This document shows, in pieces, positions 44,278 to 53,916 of a DNA stretch of 64,000 nt. Below the pieces are notes generated by a model. It saw nothing but the letters and a program-made list of their open reading frames with translations, searched no databases and was not told the origin of the DNA. Location of the stretch: positions 128,001 through 192,000 of the forward strand of contig CAVSQW010000013.1 in the NCBI GenBank assembly GCA_963730185.1, in the 5' to 3' direction. Position numbers and translations under genes: made by a program. Position 1 is the stretch's first letter; each line of letters begins with the position of its first letter. Source of the DNA: an uncultured Gemmatimonadales bacterium (GTDB lineage Bacteria > Gemmatimonadota > Gemmatimonadetes > Gemmatimonadales > GWC2-71-9).

Positions 44278-47004
44278 ATGGGCTGGCGACGCGATCGATA
44301 CCGGGACCTGGGCGAGGTGTTTCGCCGGGGAGACGTGGACCCCGAGGTCCGCGAGGAGCTCGAGCATCACCTGGCGTCCCGGATCGAGGAGAACGTCCGG
44401 GCCGGGATGAACCGCGAGGCGGCGGTGGCCGAGGCGACCCGTCGGTTCGGCGACCTGGATCGCTATCGGCGAGAAACCGGCGACATCGAGCGGGGCCACC
44501 GGAGCTCTCTCCGTCGCCGCGAACGCCTCGCCCTGGCCCTCCAGGAGGCGCGCCGCGCGGTCCGAGCGCTGCTCCGGACCCCGACCTTCACGATCGCGGC
44601 GATCGCGACGCTGGCCATCGGCATCGGCGGCAGCACCGCCATCTTCACGCTCGTCGATGCGATCGCGCTCCGCCCGCTCGCCTATCCCGACGCCGGACGT
44701 CTGGTGCGGATCTACCACCCGGTGCCCAAGGTCGGGCCCGGCGCCCGCTGGGGGATCTCGGCCGCCGAGTTCTTCCATTTCCAGCAGAACGCCCGCACCC
44801 TGGCGGCGATCGGGGTGGCGCGGACCATGCGTTTCAACCTCGGTGGGGCGGGCCGGGCCTCCCAGGTAAACAGCGGGCTCGTCTCGGCGAGCCTGCTGCC
44901 GTTGCTGGGCGTTCGGCCGGTGCTGGGGCGCCTCCTGACGGCCGACGACAACCGCCGGGGCAAGCTCGACGAGGTGCTCCTGAGCGAGCGGATCTGGCGG
45001 GAGCAATTCGGTGCGGATTCGGCGCTGGTCGGCTCGACGGTCCGGGTCGAGGGAAACGACGCTCTGGTAGTGGGCGTGGTGACCGGCGCGGGCCTCCCGG
45101 GTGAGGCGATCGACCTGTGGCTGCCCCAACCGCTCGATCCCGCGGCCGAGGCGCGGAACGATCACGGTGAGTACGCGATCGGGCGCCTGGCCGACGGGGT
45201 GACCCTGGCCCAGGCGGAAGCGGAACTCAAGGGGTTCCTGGCCCGCTATACCGAGATTTTCCCATCGGCTTACAACCAGACCTTCATGGACCGGACCGGC
45301 TTCACCCTCGAGCTGGTGCCGCTCAAGACCGACCTGGTGGGCGGCACGGCCCGGGTGCTCTGGGTGCTCCTGGCCGCGGTGGGTCTGGTGCTGATCATCG
45401 CCTGCTTCAACATCGGGAACCTCTTCCTGGTCCGGGTCCACGCCCGGCGCCGGGAGGTGGCGGTCCGGTCGGTGCTCGGGGCTAGTCGGGGCCAGCTGGC
45501 CTGGCATCATCTCAGCGAGAGCTTGCTACTGTCGCTGGCGGCCGGTGCCCTCGGGCTGGGGTTGGCCTGGGCCGGTCTCCATGCCTTTCTCGGCGCGGTG
45601 CCCAGCGGCCGGGAGCCGGGGGTGGCCGCATTGCTTCCCCGACTGGCCGAAGTGCATCTCGGCCCCGCCGGTGTGGCGTTCGGGCTCGGTGTGGCGGTGG
45701 CGGCCGGCCTGGTGTTCGGGCTGGCGCCGATGTTCGTGTCGTTTCGCTGGTCGGAGGTGCTTCGCCAAGCGGGGCGGGGCATCACGCCCTCGCGGCGGGA
45801 AGCTCGGGTCCGCGGGGGGCTGGTGGTGGCCCAGATCGTCCTGGCGGTGGTCCTGCTGGCCGGCGCCGGGCTGATGCTCGAGACCGTCGCCCAGCTCCGC
45901 GCGGTCAAGCCCGGGTTCGCGCCCGACGGGGTGCTGGCCGTCGATCTCGCGCTGCCCTACGCGCGCTATCGAACGTACGCGGAGTCGGCCACCTTCTTCG
46001 ACGAGCTGATCCGGCGGATCGAGGCGCTGCCCGGAGTGGCCCGAGCGGCGGCCGGCTCCGACGTGCCCCTGGAGATGACCGGTGCCGGGTGTGCCATCAT
46101 GGCTGCCGAGGCGCGGGCACCGGACGCCGAGACGCCCTGCGTTCCGACCGCCGTGGTGAGCCCCGGATACTTCGCCGCGCTCGGCATCGACGTGGACGGG
46201 CGCGAGGCTACCTGGGCCGAAGCCACCACGGCTCAGGCCGGCGCGCTCCTGACCGAGCCGCTGGCCCGGCGGATCTGGGGCGACCGGAAGCCCCTCGGGT
46301 TGGGCGTCAAGGTCGACGGGGTGAACCGTCCCCCGTTCTTCCCGGTAGTGGGGGTGGTGCGGGGGGTCCATTTCGCGGGCCTCGAGCAGCCGCCGGGCGA
46401 GGTGGTGTTTTACCCGCTCCAGCCGGTCGCCGGCACGAGCCTTTGGGAGCCGCCCCACCGGATGACCCTCCTGGTCCGCGCCGCGGGCGTCCTGCCCGGC
46501 TCCCTCGAGGGCCCGGTGGAGCGGGTGGTGCGCGCCATGGACCCGGATGCGGCGTTGGCGCATGGCCGGACCATGACGGAGGTCATGGCCCGTTCCACGC
46601 TCCGGGTTCGACTGGTCACCGTGCTGCTCGTCCTCACCGCCCTGGTCGCGCTTCTCTTGAGCGGGATCGGCCTCTACGGCGTCATTGCCTATCTGGTGGG
46701 ACGCCGGGCCTCCGAGATCGGCATTCGGATCGCGCTTGGCGCCCCGGTCGCGACGGTGCGCCGGCAGGTCGTGCTCGAGTCGACCCGGCTCGCGGGTCTC
46801 GGCGTCGGGCTGGGCGCGGTCGCGGCGTTCGGTGCGACCCGGCTGCTCCGCGCGATGCTGTTCGGGGTCGAGCCGGGCGATCCGCTGGTGCTCGGCGGCG
46901 CGGTGACGCTGTTGCTGGCGGTGGCGATCGTGGCGAGCCTGGTGCCCGCCCGCCGCGCCAGTCTCGTCGATCCGGCTCAGGTGCTTCGCGAAGGCGGCTC
47001 GTAA
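44278..47004 (+). CDS. Duplicated orphan ABC permease (ADOP family)
   Basis: EVREELEHHL...RRFGD prefix, TLAIGIGGSTAIF, EIGIRIALGA, PARRASLVDP. Confidence 0.9.
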   Translation: MGWRRDRYRDLGEVFRRGDVDPEVREELEHHLASRIEENVRAGMNREAAVAEATRRFGDLDRYRRETGDIERGHRSSLRRRERLALALQEARRAVRALLRTPTFTIAAIATLAIGIGGSTAIFTLVDAIALRPLAYPDAGRLVRIYHPVPKVGPGARWGISAAEFFHFQQNARTLAAIGVARTMRFNLGGAGRASQVNSGLVSASLLPLLGVRPVLGRLLTADDNRRGKLDEVLLSERIWREQFGADSALVGSTVRVEGNDALVVGVVTGAGLPGEAIDLWLPQPLDPAAEARNDHGEYAIGRLADGVTLAQAEAELKGFLARYTEIFPSAYNQTFMDRTGFTLELVPLKTDLVGGTARVLWVLLAAVGLVLIIACFNIGNLFLVRVHARRREVAVRSVLGASRGQLAWHHLSESLLLSLAAGALGLGLAWAGLHAFLGAVPSGREPGVAALLPRLAEVHLGPAGVAFGLGVAVAAGLVFGLAPMFVSFRWSEVLRQAGRGITPSRREARVRGGLVVAQIVLAVVLLAGAGLMLETVAQLRAVKPGFAPDGVLAVDLALPYARYRTYAESATFFDELIRRIEALPGVARAAAGSDVPLEMTGAGCAIMAAEARAPDAETPCVPTAVVSPGYFAALGIDVDGREATWAEATTAQAGALLTEPLARRIWGDRKPLGLGVKVDGVNRPPFFPVVGVVRGVHFAGLEQPPGEVVFYPLQPVAGTSLWEPPHRMTLLVRAAGVLPGSLEGPVERVVRAMDPDAALAHGRTMTEVMARSTLRVRLVTVLLVLTALVALLLSGIGLYGVIAYLVGRRASEIGIRIALGAPVATVRRQVVLESTRLAGLGVGLGAVAAFGATRLLRAMLFGVEPGDPLVLGGAVTLLLAVAIVASLVPARRASLVDPAQVLREGGS

Positions 47005-47086
47005 GCCGATCGTCGCGTTTCTGGCTATTGCTTCTCCCGATGGCGGGTTCGTACTTTTCACCAACCCACACGGGAGAACCCGCCGG

Positions 47087-48208
47087 ATGTCGGAATCTTT
47101 CCGAAGCTCCGACGAGTACGACGAACAAGCCCATCAGCTCTACAATCAAGGTCGGTACGATGAAGCCCTCGAGGTCTTGAAGGACGGCCTGGCCGTCTAT
47201 CCCTCGGCCGTGGAGCTCCACGTCGGCCTGGGATACGCCTACCTGGCCAGGGAGGAGTACGTCTGGGCCCGTCAGGGCTTCGTGCAAGCCTTGGCACTCG
47301 AGCCCGATCACGAGGACGCGCTGGCCGGGTTCGGCGAGACTCTGCTCCGGGTCGGCGACCGCGCAGGCGCGGTCCGGGCCTTCAGCCGGATCCTGGAACT
47401 GGGCTTCCAGGAGGATCACGACCTGATGCTGCAGGTGGGCCGGGCCCTGTTCCGCGACGGGCTGCTCGCGCACGCGCATCGTTTCTTCGAGCTGGCCGTG
47501 GCCGCCGAGCCCGAGTGCCAGGAGGCCGCGGCCTGTATCGGCTATGTGTCCCACCGGCTGGGGCACGAGGCGGCTGCCCTGTTCTGGCTCCGCCGGGCCC
47601 TGGAGCTGGAGACCGGCTTCGCGGAGCCCCGGGTCTACCTCGCCAACCTGCTCTATGATCGGGGAGAGAGCGCCGCGGCGCTCCACCACTTCGAGCGGAC
47701 CGCGCCCGAGGAACACTTCGAGGAGCTGGGGATCTATCGGACGATCGAGCTCCGCCGAACGTTCTATCGCCTCGCCGACGACGATCCCTCGCTGGTGCCC
47801 TGGTACCACCGGCTGAGCGAGCTGATCGGCGAGAGCGATCCGGTCGACGACCTCCTGGCCGAGATCGAGTCGGTGCAGGCCGACGGCTCGATCCGTGATC
47901 CTCACCAGCTGGAGTTGTTCGGCGCGCTCCTGAGCGAGCCGCTCCAGATGCAGCGCCGCCCGGCCCGGAGCGACCATCACCAAGTGGCGACGGTCTGGGG
48001 CCAGACGTTCCGCGGCACCTGGGAGGAGATCCTGGACCAGCTCAAGGCCAGCGACCGGGGCGCCCAGTCTCAGACCATGTCGGAGTTCATGCAGGGATTC
48101 GCCAGGCGCAGCAGGGAAGAGACCGGCGTCATGGTCCCCGTCACCGACGCCCAGGCGTTCATCGAGGGGGGCGTCGAAGCGGGGGTGTTGAGAGTGATTG
48201 GTGGCTAG
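47087..48208 (+). CDS. Tetratricopeptide-repeat protein
   Basis: Repeated TPR-like helices (GRYDEALEVL...YP, ALALEPDH, ALELETGF). Confidence 0.82.
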   Translation: MSESFRSSDEYDEQAHQLYNQGRYDEALEVLKDGLAVYPSAVELHVGLGYAYLAREEYVWARQGFVQALALEPDHEDALAGFGETLLRVGDRAGAVRAFSRILELGFQEDHDLMLQVGRALFRDGLLAHAHRFFELAVAAEPECQEAAACIGYVSHRLGHEAAALFWLRRALELETGFAEPRVYLANLLYDRGESAAALHHFERTAPEEHFEELGIYRTIELRRTFYRLADDDPSLVPWYHRLSELIGESDPVDDLLAEIESVQADGSIRDPHQLELFGALLSEPLQMQRRPARSDHHQVATVWGQTFRGTWEEILDQLKASDRGAQSQTMSEFMQGFARRSREETGVMVPVTDAQAFIEGGVEAGVLRVIGG

Positions 48209-48459
48209 GGGGATTGGGAGTGGTGAGTTGGGAGTGGGGAGTAGGGAGGGAGTCGTGAGTTGGCACTAGGGATGTCGGGAGCATACCTACTTTCCACGCC
48301 AGCTCCCGGCTACTCCCTACTCCCGACTCGCCACTCCCTCCTACTCCCGACCCACCACTCCCTCCCTACTCCCTACTCCCAACTCACCACTCCCTCCCTA
48401 TTCACCACTCCCTATTCACCGCTCCCTAGCATCCCTAGCATCCCTAGCATCCCTGGCGT
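48206..48459. repeat. Heptamer inverted array plus 9-mer tandem (CCCTAGCAT x3)
   Basis: G-rich arm (TTGGGAG TGGTGAG TTGGGAG TGGGGAG TAGGGAG), C-rich arm (CTCCCTA, CTCACCA), 9-mers at 48424-48459. Confidence 0.8.
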
Positions 48460-48488
48460 TCCCCCGTCGGTCCCGCTTGCTTCCCACC

Positions 48489-51098
48489 ATGACATCAGGC
48501 GTCTTCAACTGGACCGCGGGCGTGCAGCGGGCGGTCCTGCCGAATGGGTTGACGGTGTTGGCGCAGTACGATCGCGATGCCCCCGCGGTGGGCGTGGTGA
48601 CCCACGTCCGGGCCGGCTTCTTCGACGAGCCGGACCGGTGGCAGGGGATCAGCCACGTGCTCGAGCACATGTTCTTCAAAGGCACCCCGACCCGGGGACC
48701 CGGGCAGATCGCCACCGAGACCAAGGCTCTGGGGGGGTACCTCAACGCCTCCACCAGCTACGACTCGACCAGCTACTACGTGGTGCTGCCGGCGGCCGGG
48801 TTCGACCGGGCGCTGGCGATCCAGGCCGACGCGCTCCGGCACGCCCTGGTCGACGCCGACGAGCTGGCCCGGGAGCTCCGGGTCATCATCGAGGAGGCCA
48901 AGCGGAAGCTCGATTCCGCTTCCGCGGTGACCTACGAGACGCTCCACGCCGTGCTGTTCGATCGGCACCGGATTCGCCGCTGGCGGATCGGGGTCGAGGA
49001 GCAGTTGGCCGGGTTCGGTCGGGAGGACGTGGCCGGCTACTACCGGTCTCGCTACGTGCCGGAGCGGGTGATCGTCGCGGTGGTGGGGCCGGTGCCGGTC
49101 GACGAGGTGTTCCGACAGGTCGAGGCCCGGTACGGCGACTGGTCGGCCGCGCCCGGGGCGGTGGACCGGTCGCCCGAGGAGCCCTGGCGCCGCGAGGTGC
49201 GGGCCCGGACCCTCCGGGGCGACGTGACGCAGGCGGAGCTGGCGGTGGGGTGGCGGGGGCTCCCGGCTCTCCACCCCAAGGCCGCGTCGCTCGATCTCGC
49301 GGCCATCGTGCTCGGCTCCGGCCGGGGCAGCTGGCTCTATCGGGCGCTCCGGCAAACCGGCCTGGTGACCTCGATCGGGGCCTACCACTACTCGCCGTCC
49401 GAGGTCGGGGTCTTCTCGGTGGCCGCCGACCTCGACCCGGCCCGGCTCGCGCCCGCGCTCGACGGTGTCGCGGCCGGGGTCGCCGCCCTGCGGATCGAGG
49501 GACCCTCCGAGATTCACCTGACCCGGGCCCGGACGCTGCTCACGGCGCAGTGGGCTCGTCGGTTCGAATCGGTCGAGGGCCGGGCCAGCGCGTTCGCGGC
49601 GGCCGAGGCCTATGGCGGACTCGACGTGCTGGAGCAGGAGTTTGCGGCGATCCTCGCCGCGACGCCGGCGTCGGTGCGGCAGGCGGCGGAAGCCTATCTC
49701 GGCCCGGATCGGGCCGGGGCAGTGGCATATCTGCCCGAGGGGCGGGGCACCGACCTGACCGCCGAGATGCTGGCCGCCGCCCTGGAGAGGAACGCTCCGG
49801 CGACCCGCCCGAACGGTGGTCCGCCCCCGATTCCCGCGACTCGTCCCCGCCGATCGGGCCGGGGGCGGGTCACGGCCGACGTGGAGCACTTGGCCCTTCC
49901 GGGGGCCGACCTCCTGGTCCGGCGCAAGACCGGCGTACCCCTGGTGTCGCTCGGCGTGTACCGACTCCGGCAGCTGGTGGAGCCGAAGGCCGAGGCCGGC
50001 TTGGGCGCCCTGGCGGTGAGGGCGTCCGCCCGGGGCGCCGGCGATCTCGATGCCGGCCGACTGGCGGATGCGTTCGAGGCCCTGGGCGGCAGCCTGAGCG
50101 GCAGCGTCGCGGCCGACTGGTTCGGCTTCTCGACCTCGGTGCTCCGGGACGGACTCCTCCCGGCGGCGACACTGCTCCGGACCGTGCTGTCGTCGCCCCG
50201 GTTCGAGGGAGCGGAGGTGGAGCGGGAGCGGGCCACCCTGGCCGACGAGGTGGCCCAGAGCTCGGACGACATGTTTCGTCACCCGATCGAGCTGGGGCTG
50301 GCCGCCGCCTTCGGCGACCATCGCTACGGGATGCCGGTCAAGGGATGGCCGGAGTCGGTGCGCGGGCTCTCGACCGAGCAGGTCCGGGCCTGGCACGGGG
50401 GCGAGCTGGCCCGGGGAAGGACCACCGTGGTGGCGGTGGGCGACCTGGACCGGGGCGAGGCGCTCGATCTCCTGGCGGGGGTGTTTGAGGGGTTGGCGGC
50501 GCCGGCCGTGGCCGGGGAGCCGACGGTGCCGGCCGGCCTCGCCGCCGGCGAACGGGTGGAGCATCGGGCCAAGTCCCAGTCCGCCCTGGCGATGGTGTTC
50601 CCGGGGCCCGGACGGGTCGACCCCGACCGGCACGCAGCCCAGGTCCTCTCCGCGATCGCGAGCGGGCTCGGGGGGCGGCTGTTCCAGGCCCTTCGCGACC
50701 GGAGATCCCTGGCCTACACGGTGCTGATGTCGAGCTGGCAGCGGCGGGGGACGGGCGCTCTGGTGACCTACATCGCGACCTCGCCCGACCGGGAGGAAGA
50801 GGCCCGGGCCGCCATGCTGAGCGAGCTGGCCCGGTTCCGGGAGGAGCTGGTGGAGCCGCACGAGCTGGAGGACGCGGTGAACTACCTGGCCGGTCAGACC
50901 GAGGTGCAGCGCCAGACCGCCGGCGCGATCGGGGCCGAGATCCTGGATGCCTGGCTGATCGGGACGGGACTCGACGAGCTGCGGGATCCGACGGCGGGAT
51001 TCCGGGTCGTAACCCGCGACCGGGTTCGGGCGGTGGCCGAGGCGTCGCTGGTGGCCGACCGCCGGGCCGAGGGAGTGGTGCGGGGCCGGATCGGTTAG
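48489..51098 (+). CDS. M16-family (pitrilysin-like) zinc peptidase
   Basis: Inverted Zn motif HVLEH in GISHVLEHMFFKGT, NASTSYD, SRLFQALRD-like C-terminal motif. Confidence 0.9.
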   Translation: MTSGVFNWTAGVQRAVLPNGLTVLAQYDRDAPAVGVVTHVRAGFFDEPDRWQGISHVLEHMFFKGTPTRGPGQIATETKALGGYLNASTSYDSTSYYVVLPAAGFDRALAIQADALRHALVDADELARELRVIIEEAKRKLDSASAVTYETLHAVLFDRHRIRRWRIGVEEQLAGFGREDVAGYYRSRYVPERVIVAVVGPVPVDEVFRQVEARYGDWSAAPGAVDRSPEEPWRREVRARTLRGDVTQAELAVGWRGLPALHPKAASLDLAAIVLGSGRGSWLYRALRQTGLVTSIGAYHYSPSEVGVFSVAADLDPARLAPALDGVAAGVAALRIEGPSEIHLTRARTLLTAQWARRFESVEGRASAFAAAEAYGGLDVLEQEFAAILAATPASVRQAAEAYLGPDRAGAVAYLPEGRGTDLTAEMLAAALERNAPATRPNGGPPPIPATRPRRSGRGRVTADVEHLALPGADLLVRRKTGVPLVSLGVYRLRQLVEPKAEAGLGALAVRASARGAGDLDAGRLADAFEALGGSLSGSVAADWFGFSTSVLRDGLLPAATLLRTVLSSPRFEGAEVERERATLADEVAQSSDDMFRHPIELGLAAAFGDHRYGMPVKGWPESVRGLSTEQVRAWHGGELARGRTTVVAVGDLDRGEALDLLAGVFEGLAAPAVAGEPTVPAGLAAGERVEHRAKSQSALAMVFPGPGRVDPDRHAAQVLSAIASGLGGRLFQALRDRRSLAYTVLMSSWQRRGTGALVTYIATSPDREEEARAAMLSELARFREELVEPHELEDAVNYLAGQTEVQRQTAGAIGAEILDAWLIGTGLDELRDPTAGFRVVTRDRVRAVAEASLVADRRAEGVVRGRIG

Positions 51099-51553
51099 AA
51101 CATCGACATCGCCAGCAGGCTCCGCATCTGCTCGTTGGCGGCCCGGAGCCGGCCCGAGAGCTGGCGGACCAGCGCCTTGAGGATCGCGTAGCCCATCTCG
51201 GGCTCGAACTCGAGCAGGAGCTCGAGGTCGGGCCGGGAGATGGTCACCAGGGTGCACGCGCCGTTGGCGATGGCGTCGGTGGAGCGGTGGGACCGATCGA
51301 AGACCGACATCTCGCCGAAGCAGGCCGGCCGTTTCAGGATGGCGAGCGCCTCCTCACCGGCGCCGGGCACGTTCCGACTGATCCGAACCTCGCCCTCGGC
51401 CACGAGGAAGAGGCGGTTGCCGGGTTCGCCTTCTTGGAAGACGACCTCGCCGCCCTGATACTTTTGGGTCTTCGAAACCCCGGCGACGGCGTCGCGCTGG
51501 GCGTCCGTCAGGTCGGCGAAGAGAGCGCTTTCACGGAGTAGGGCAGCGAGCAT
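51095..51553 (-). CDS. Stand-alone cyclic-nucleotide-binding domain protein
   Basis: LFADL, VFQEGEPG..LFLVAEGEVRI, FGEMSVFD...RS. Confidence 0.85.
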   Translation of the reverse strand: MLAALLRESALFADLTDAQRDAVAGVSKTQKYQGGEVVFQEGEPGNRLFLVAEGEVRISRNVPGAGEEALAILKRPACFGEMSVFDRSHRSTDAIANGACTLVTISRPDLELLLEFEPEMGYAILKALVRQLSGRLRAANEQMRSLLAMSMF

Positions 51554-51557
51554 GGCG

Positions 51558-52133
51558 ATGGATTCCGCTCGGGAGGCCGATGCCGCGCAAAGTAGCCCGC
51601 GCGGATCGGAGCGACAAGCGCGCCGGTGGACGGTGGCCGACGCTCTGAGCGTGTCACGGATTCCGTTGGCGGCCCTGTTCGTGGTAGCGCCGGACCGGCC
51701 CTGGCGGATCGTGATCCTGGTGGCGGCCGGGGTCACCGATCTGGTCGACGGGGTCGTGGCCCGGCGCTGGGGTGGCTCCCGGCTTGGAGCGTTCCTCGAT
51801 CCGGTGGCCGACAAGCTCTTCATGGCGGCCGCGTTCGGGGTGGTGCTCGTCTCGGGCCGGCTGCATCCGCTCGAGATCGTGGGGGTGCTGGCCCGCGACA
51901 TCATGGCGGCGGCGGCGTTCGCCACCACCGTGGTGCTCCGCCGCCCTGCCTCGATCCCGGCCCGGGTGGGCGGCAAGATGGTGACGATTGGCCAGCTGCT
52001 CACGCTGCTGGCGTTTCTGACCGGGAGCGGCTATCTCCGCCCGATGGCCTGGGCCACCGCCGGCATGGCGATCTACGCGATCTGGGACTACGCCCGAGTG
52101 GCCCTGCGCGACGCCCGCCGCCTGGACACCTGA
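51558..52133 (+). CDS. CDP-alcohol phosphatidyltransferase family protein
   Basis: TDLVDGVVARR...SRLGAFLDPVADK signature. Confidence 0.88.
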   Translation: MDSAREADAAQSSPRGSERQARRWTVADALSVSRIPLAALFVVAPDRPWRIVILVAAGVTDLVDGVVARRWGGSRLGAFLDPVADKLFMAAAFGVVLVSGRLHPLEIVGVLARDIMAAAAFATTVVLRRPASIPARVGGKMVTIGQLLTLLAFLTGSGYLRPMAWATAGMAIYAIWDYARVALRDARRLDT

Positions 52134-52199
52134 CCTCGCCCCGACTCACTATCCCCTATTCACTCCCTACTCCCTACTCCCTACTCACCAGTCCCTATC
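52134..52199. repeat. Heptamer tract (C-rich arm only)
   Basis: CTCCCTA x3, CTCACCA, CCCCTAT; fills the intergenic gap up to the osmC-like ATG. Confidence 0.75.
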
Positions 52200-52610
52200 A
52201 TGTCCAATCTCCGAACCGTCTCCGTCGCCTGGCAGGGTGGCATGCGCTTCGCCGGCGGACCCCCTGACGGTCCGACGCTCCTGGTCGACGCCGACGTCGC
52301 CGACGCGCCCGGGCCGATGCATACCCTCCTGATCGCGGCCGCCGGCTGCTCCGGCTCCGACATCGTCGCGATGATGCCCAAGATGCAGGTGGCCCTGCGC
52401 CGGCTCGAGCTGGTGGTTACTGGCCTCCGGGCCGAGGATCACCCCCGGCGGTACCTGAAGCTGCATCTGGTGATCACCATGGCGGGCGACGGGCTCGACG
52501 AGGCCAAGGCCCGGCGGGCGATCGATCTCTCGGTCGAGAAGTACTGCTCGGTGGTGAAGAGCCTGAACCCCGACATCCCAGTCAGCTACGACCTCGTGCT
52601 CGAGCCGTGA
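52200..52610 (+). CDS. OsmC/YhfA-family protein
   Basis: PGPMHTLL.AAAGCSG, LSVEKYCSV. Confidence 0.88.
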   Translation: MSNLRTVSVAWQGGMRFAGGPPDGPTLLVDADVADAPGPMHTLLIAAAGCSGSDIVAMMPKMQVALRRLELVVTGLRAEDHPRRYLKLHLVITMAGDGLDEAKARRAIDLSVEKYCSVVKSLNPDIPVSYDLVLEP

Positions 52611-53059
52611 TCCGGCGGGTGGCCGTCGCCATTCTGGCGCTGGCCTCGGTCGCGCCGTCCCCGGTCCGAGCGCAGCGCCCGCCCTCATCGGTCGGGATCC
52701 AGGCGACTCTGGTAGGGAGCGATCCGGCCTTTGAGGGGGTGGGGGGCACGGTGGTGAAGGCGCTTGACCGCCAGCTCCGGCTCACGGCCGGGGCCACCGT
52801 CGGTCGGGCGGGGTCCGAGACGCGGGGCCGGGGCGAGCTGGCACTGGAGTACCTGTTCGACCCGGCGACCCGCGGGTGGTCGCCGCGACTCGCCGGCGGA
52901 GTGGCCGGGGTGAGCGGCCCCCGCGGAGGCGGCTACGTGCTGCTGGAGGTTGGACTGGAACAACGGCCCCGCGATCGGACGGGATGGCGCATCGATCTCG
53001 GCGTCGGAGGCGGGGTGCGGGTGGCGGCGAGCTTCACATGGAGGCTCGGCCGACACTAG
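52607..53059 (+). CDS. Exported hypothetical protein (beta-strand-rich)
   Basis: GTGA overlap, signal peptide, amphipathic beta pattern ending FTWRL. Confidence 0.55.
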   Translation: MIRRVAVAILALASVAPSPVRAQRPPSSVGIQATLVGSDPAFEGVGGTVVKALDRQLRLTAGATVGRAGSETRGRGELALEYLFDPATRGWSPRLAGGVAGVSGPRGGGYVLLEVGLEQRPRDRTGWRIDLGVGGGVRVAASFTWRLGRH

Positions 53060-53144
53060 CGCCCGTCATCCTGACCGTCCTATCCCTGTTGCTGCTCTTC
53101 CCACCCGGCCGTCTCCTTTCTGGAGCCGGCCGGCGACTCACGGC

Positions 53145-53411
53145 TCAGGCGTTGGCCGGGACTTCGCGGCCATGGGGGACGACCGGCTTGCAGAAGCGCT
53201 CGCCCAACAGACGGACCTTACCCAACTCCTCTTCGGGGAGGTCCGGATACCGCTCGGCGAGATACTGCATGGTGTCGTCCATCCAGTCCTTCTGGTGCTC
53301 CGGTTCGGCCTCCACCACTCCACAACGGAGGATGTGGCTGAACAGCTCGTCGCGAGCCTGGTCGAAGCTCGAGGGGGCCTCGGTCCTGAGGGGTTTTCTC
53401 TTCGTCGTCAT
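53145..53411 (-). CDS. Hypothetical protein (88 aa)
   Basis: GAAGGGA SD, typical codon use; ARDELFSHILRCGV...W..DTMQYLAERYPDL. Confidence 0.7.
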   Translation of the reverse strand: MTTKRKPLRTEAPSSFDQARDELFSHILRCGVVEAEPEHQKDWMDDTMQYLAERYPDLPEEELGKVRLLGERFCKPVVPHGREVPANA

Positions 53412-53598
53412 TTCCCTTCCTGGAAGAGTTCGGGTTGCGATATGTAACAGCTAGAAAAATATACACTTAGTCCCGAATGGAGGCAAACCGCCGGATTGGC
53501 TTCATCTGGCCCCCCGCTCCATTACATTTGCGAGTCGGAATGGGCCGGATTTTCGGATCGCGTGGAGGCCGCTCGCGCGCCGGTGGGCGGGTGAACAG

Positions 53599-53916
53599 AT
53601 GAGCGAGCACAGCGAGCATAGCGAGCACGACGAGATCTACGGATCGGAGCGACAGGAGCGCCTCAAGGCGCTCTTGCGCGACCTCGCGGAGCGGATCCTG
53701 GACCTTGACGAGCGGGGCCAGCTGCTCGAGTCGGTGCCCGATTTGCTTCAGCGGATGGGCGACCTCCGCTCGGAGCTGTTCCACTACGAAGTGCGGTCGA
53801 CGTACGACACCCCGGAGATCGCGGAGAATCGTCGGATCGTGGACGAAGCTCTCCAGCCCCCGAACTTCACCCTGCCGGACCCCGAGGAAGACGAACCATG
53901 GCGTCCTCCCGAGTAA
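53599..53916 (+). CDS. Acidic hypothetical protein (105 aa)
   Basis: GC3-rich ORF overlapping the dsbA start. Confidence 0.7.
   Translation: MSEHSEHSEHDEIYGSERQERLKALLRDLAERILDLDERGQLLESVPDLLQRMGDLRSELFHYEVRSTYDTPEIAENRRIVDEALQPPNFTLPDPEEDEPWRPPE

Noticed and set aside
48260..48488. N-terminal extension encoded by the repeat (LPTPYS...IPSIPSIP) in ORF 48260-50488
   Set aside because: Translation of the non-coding repeat, in a frame different from the M16 peptidase
53478..53525. GGCAAACC suggesting a c-di-GMP-I riboswitch
   Set aside because: The GAAA-capped P2 and the downstream GCAAAG/P3 elements are missing
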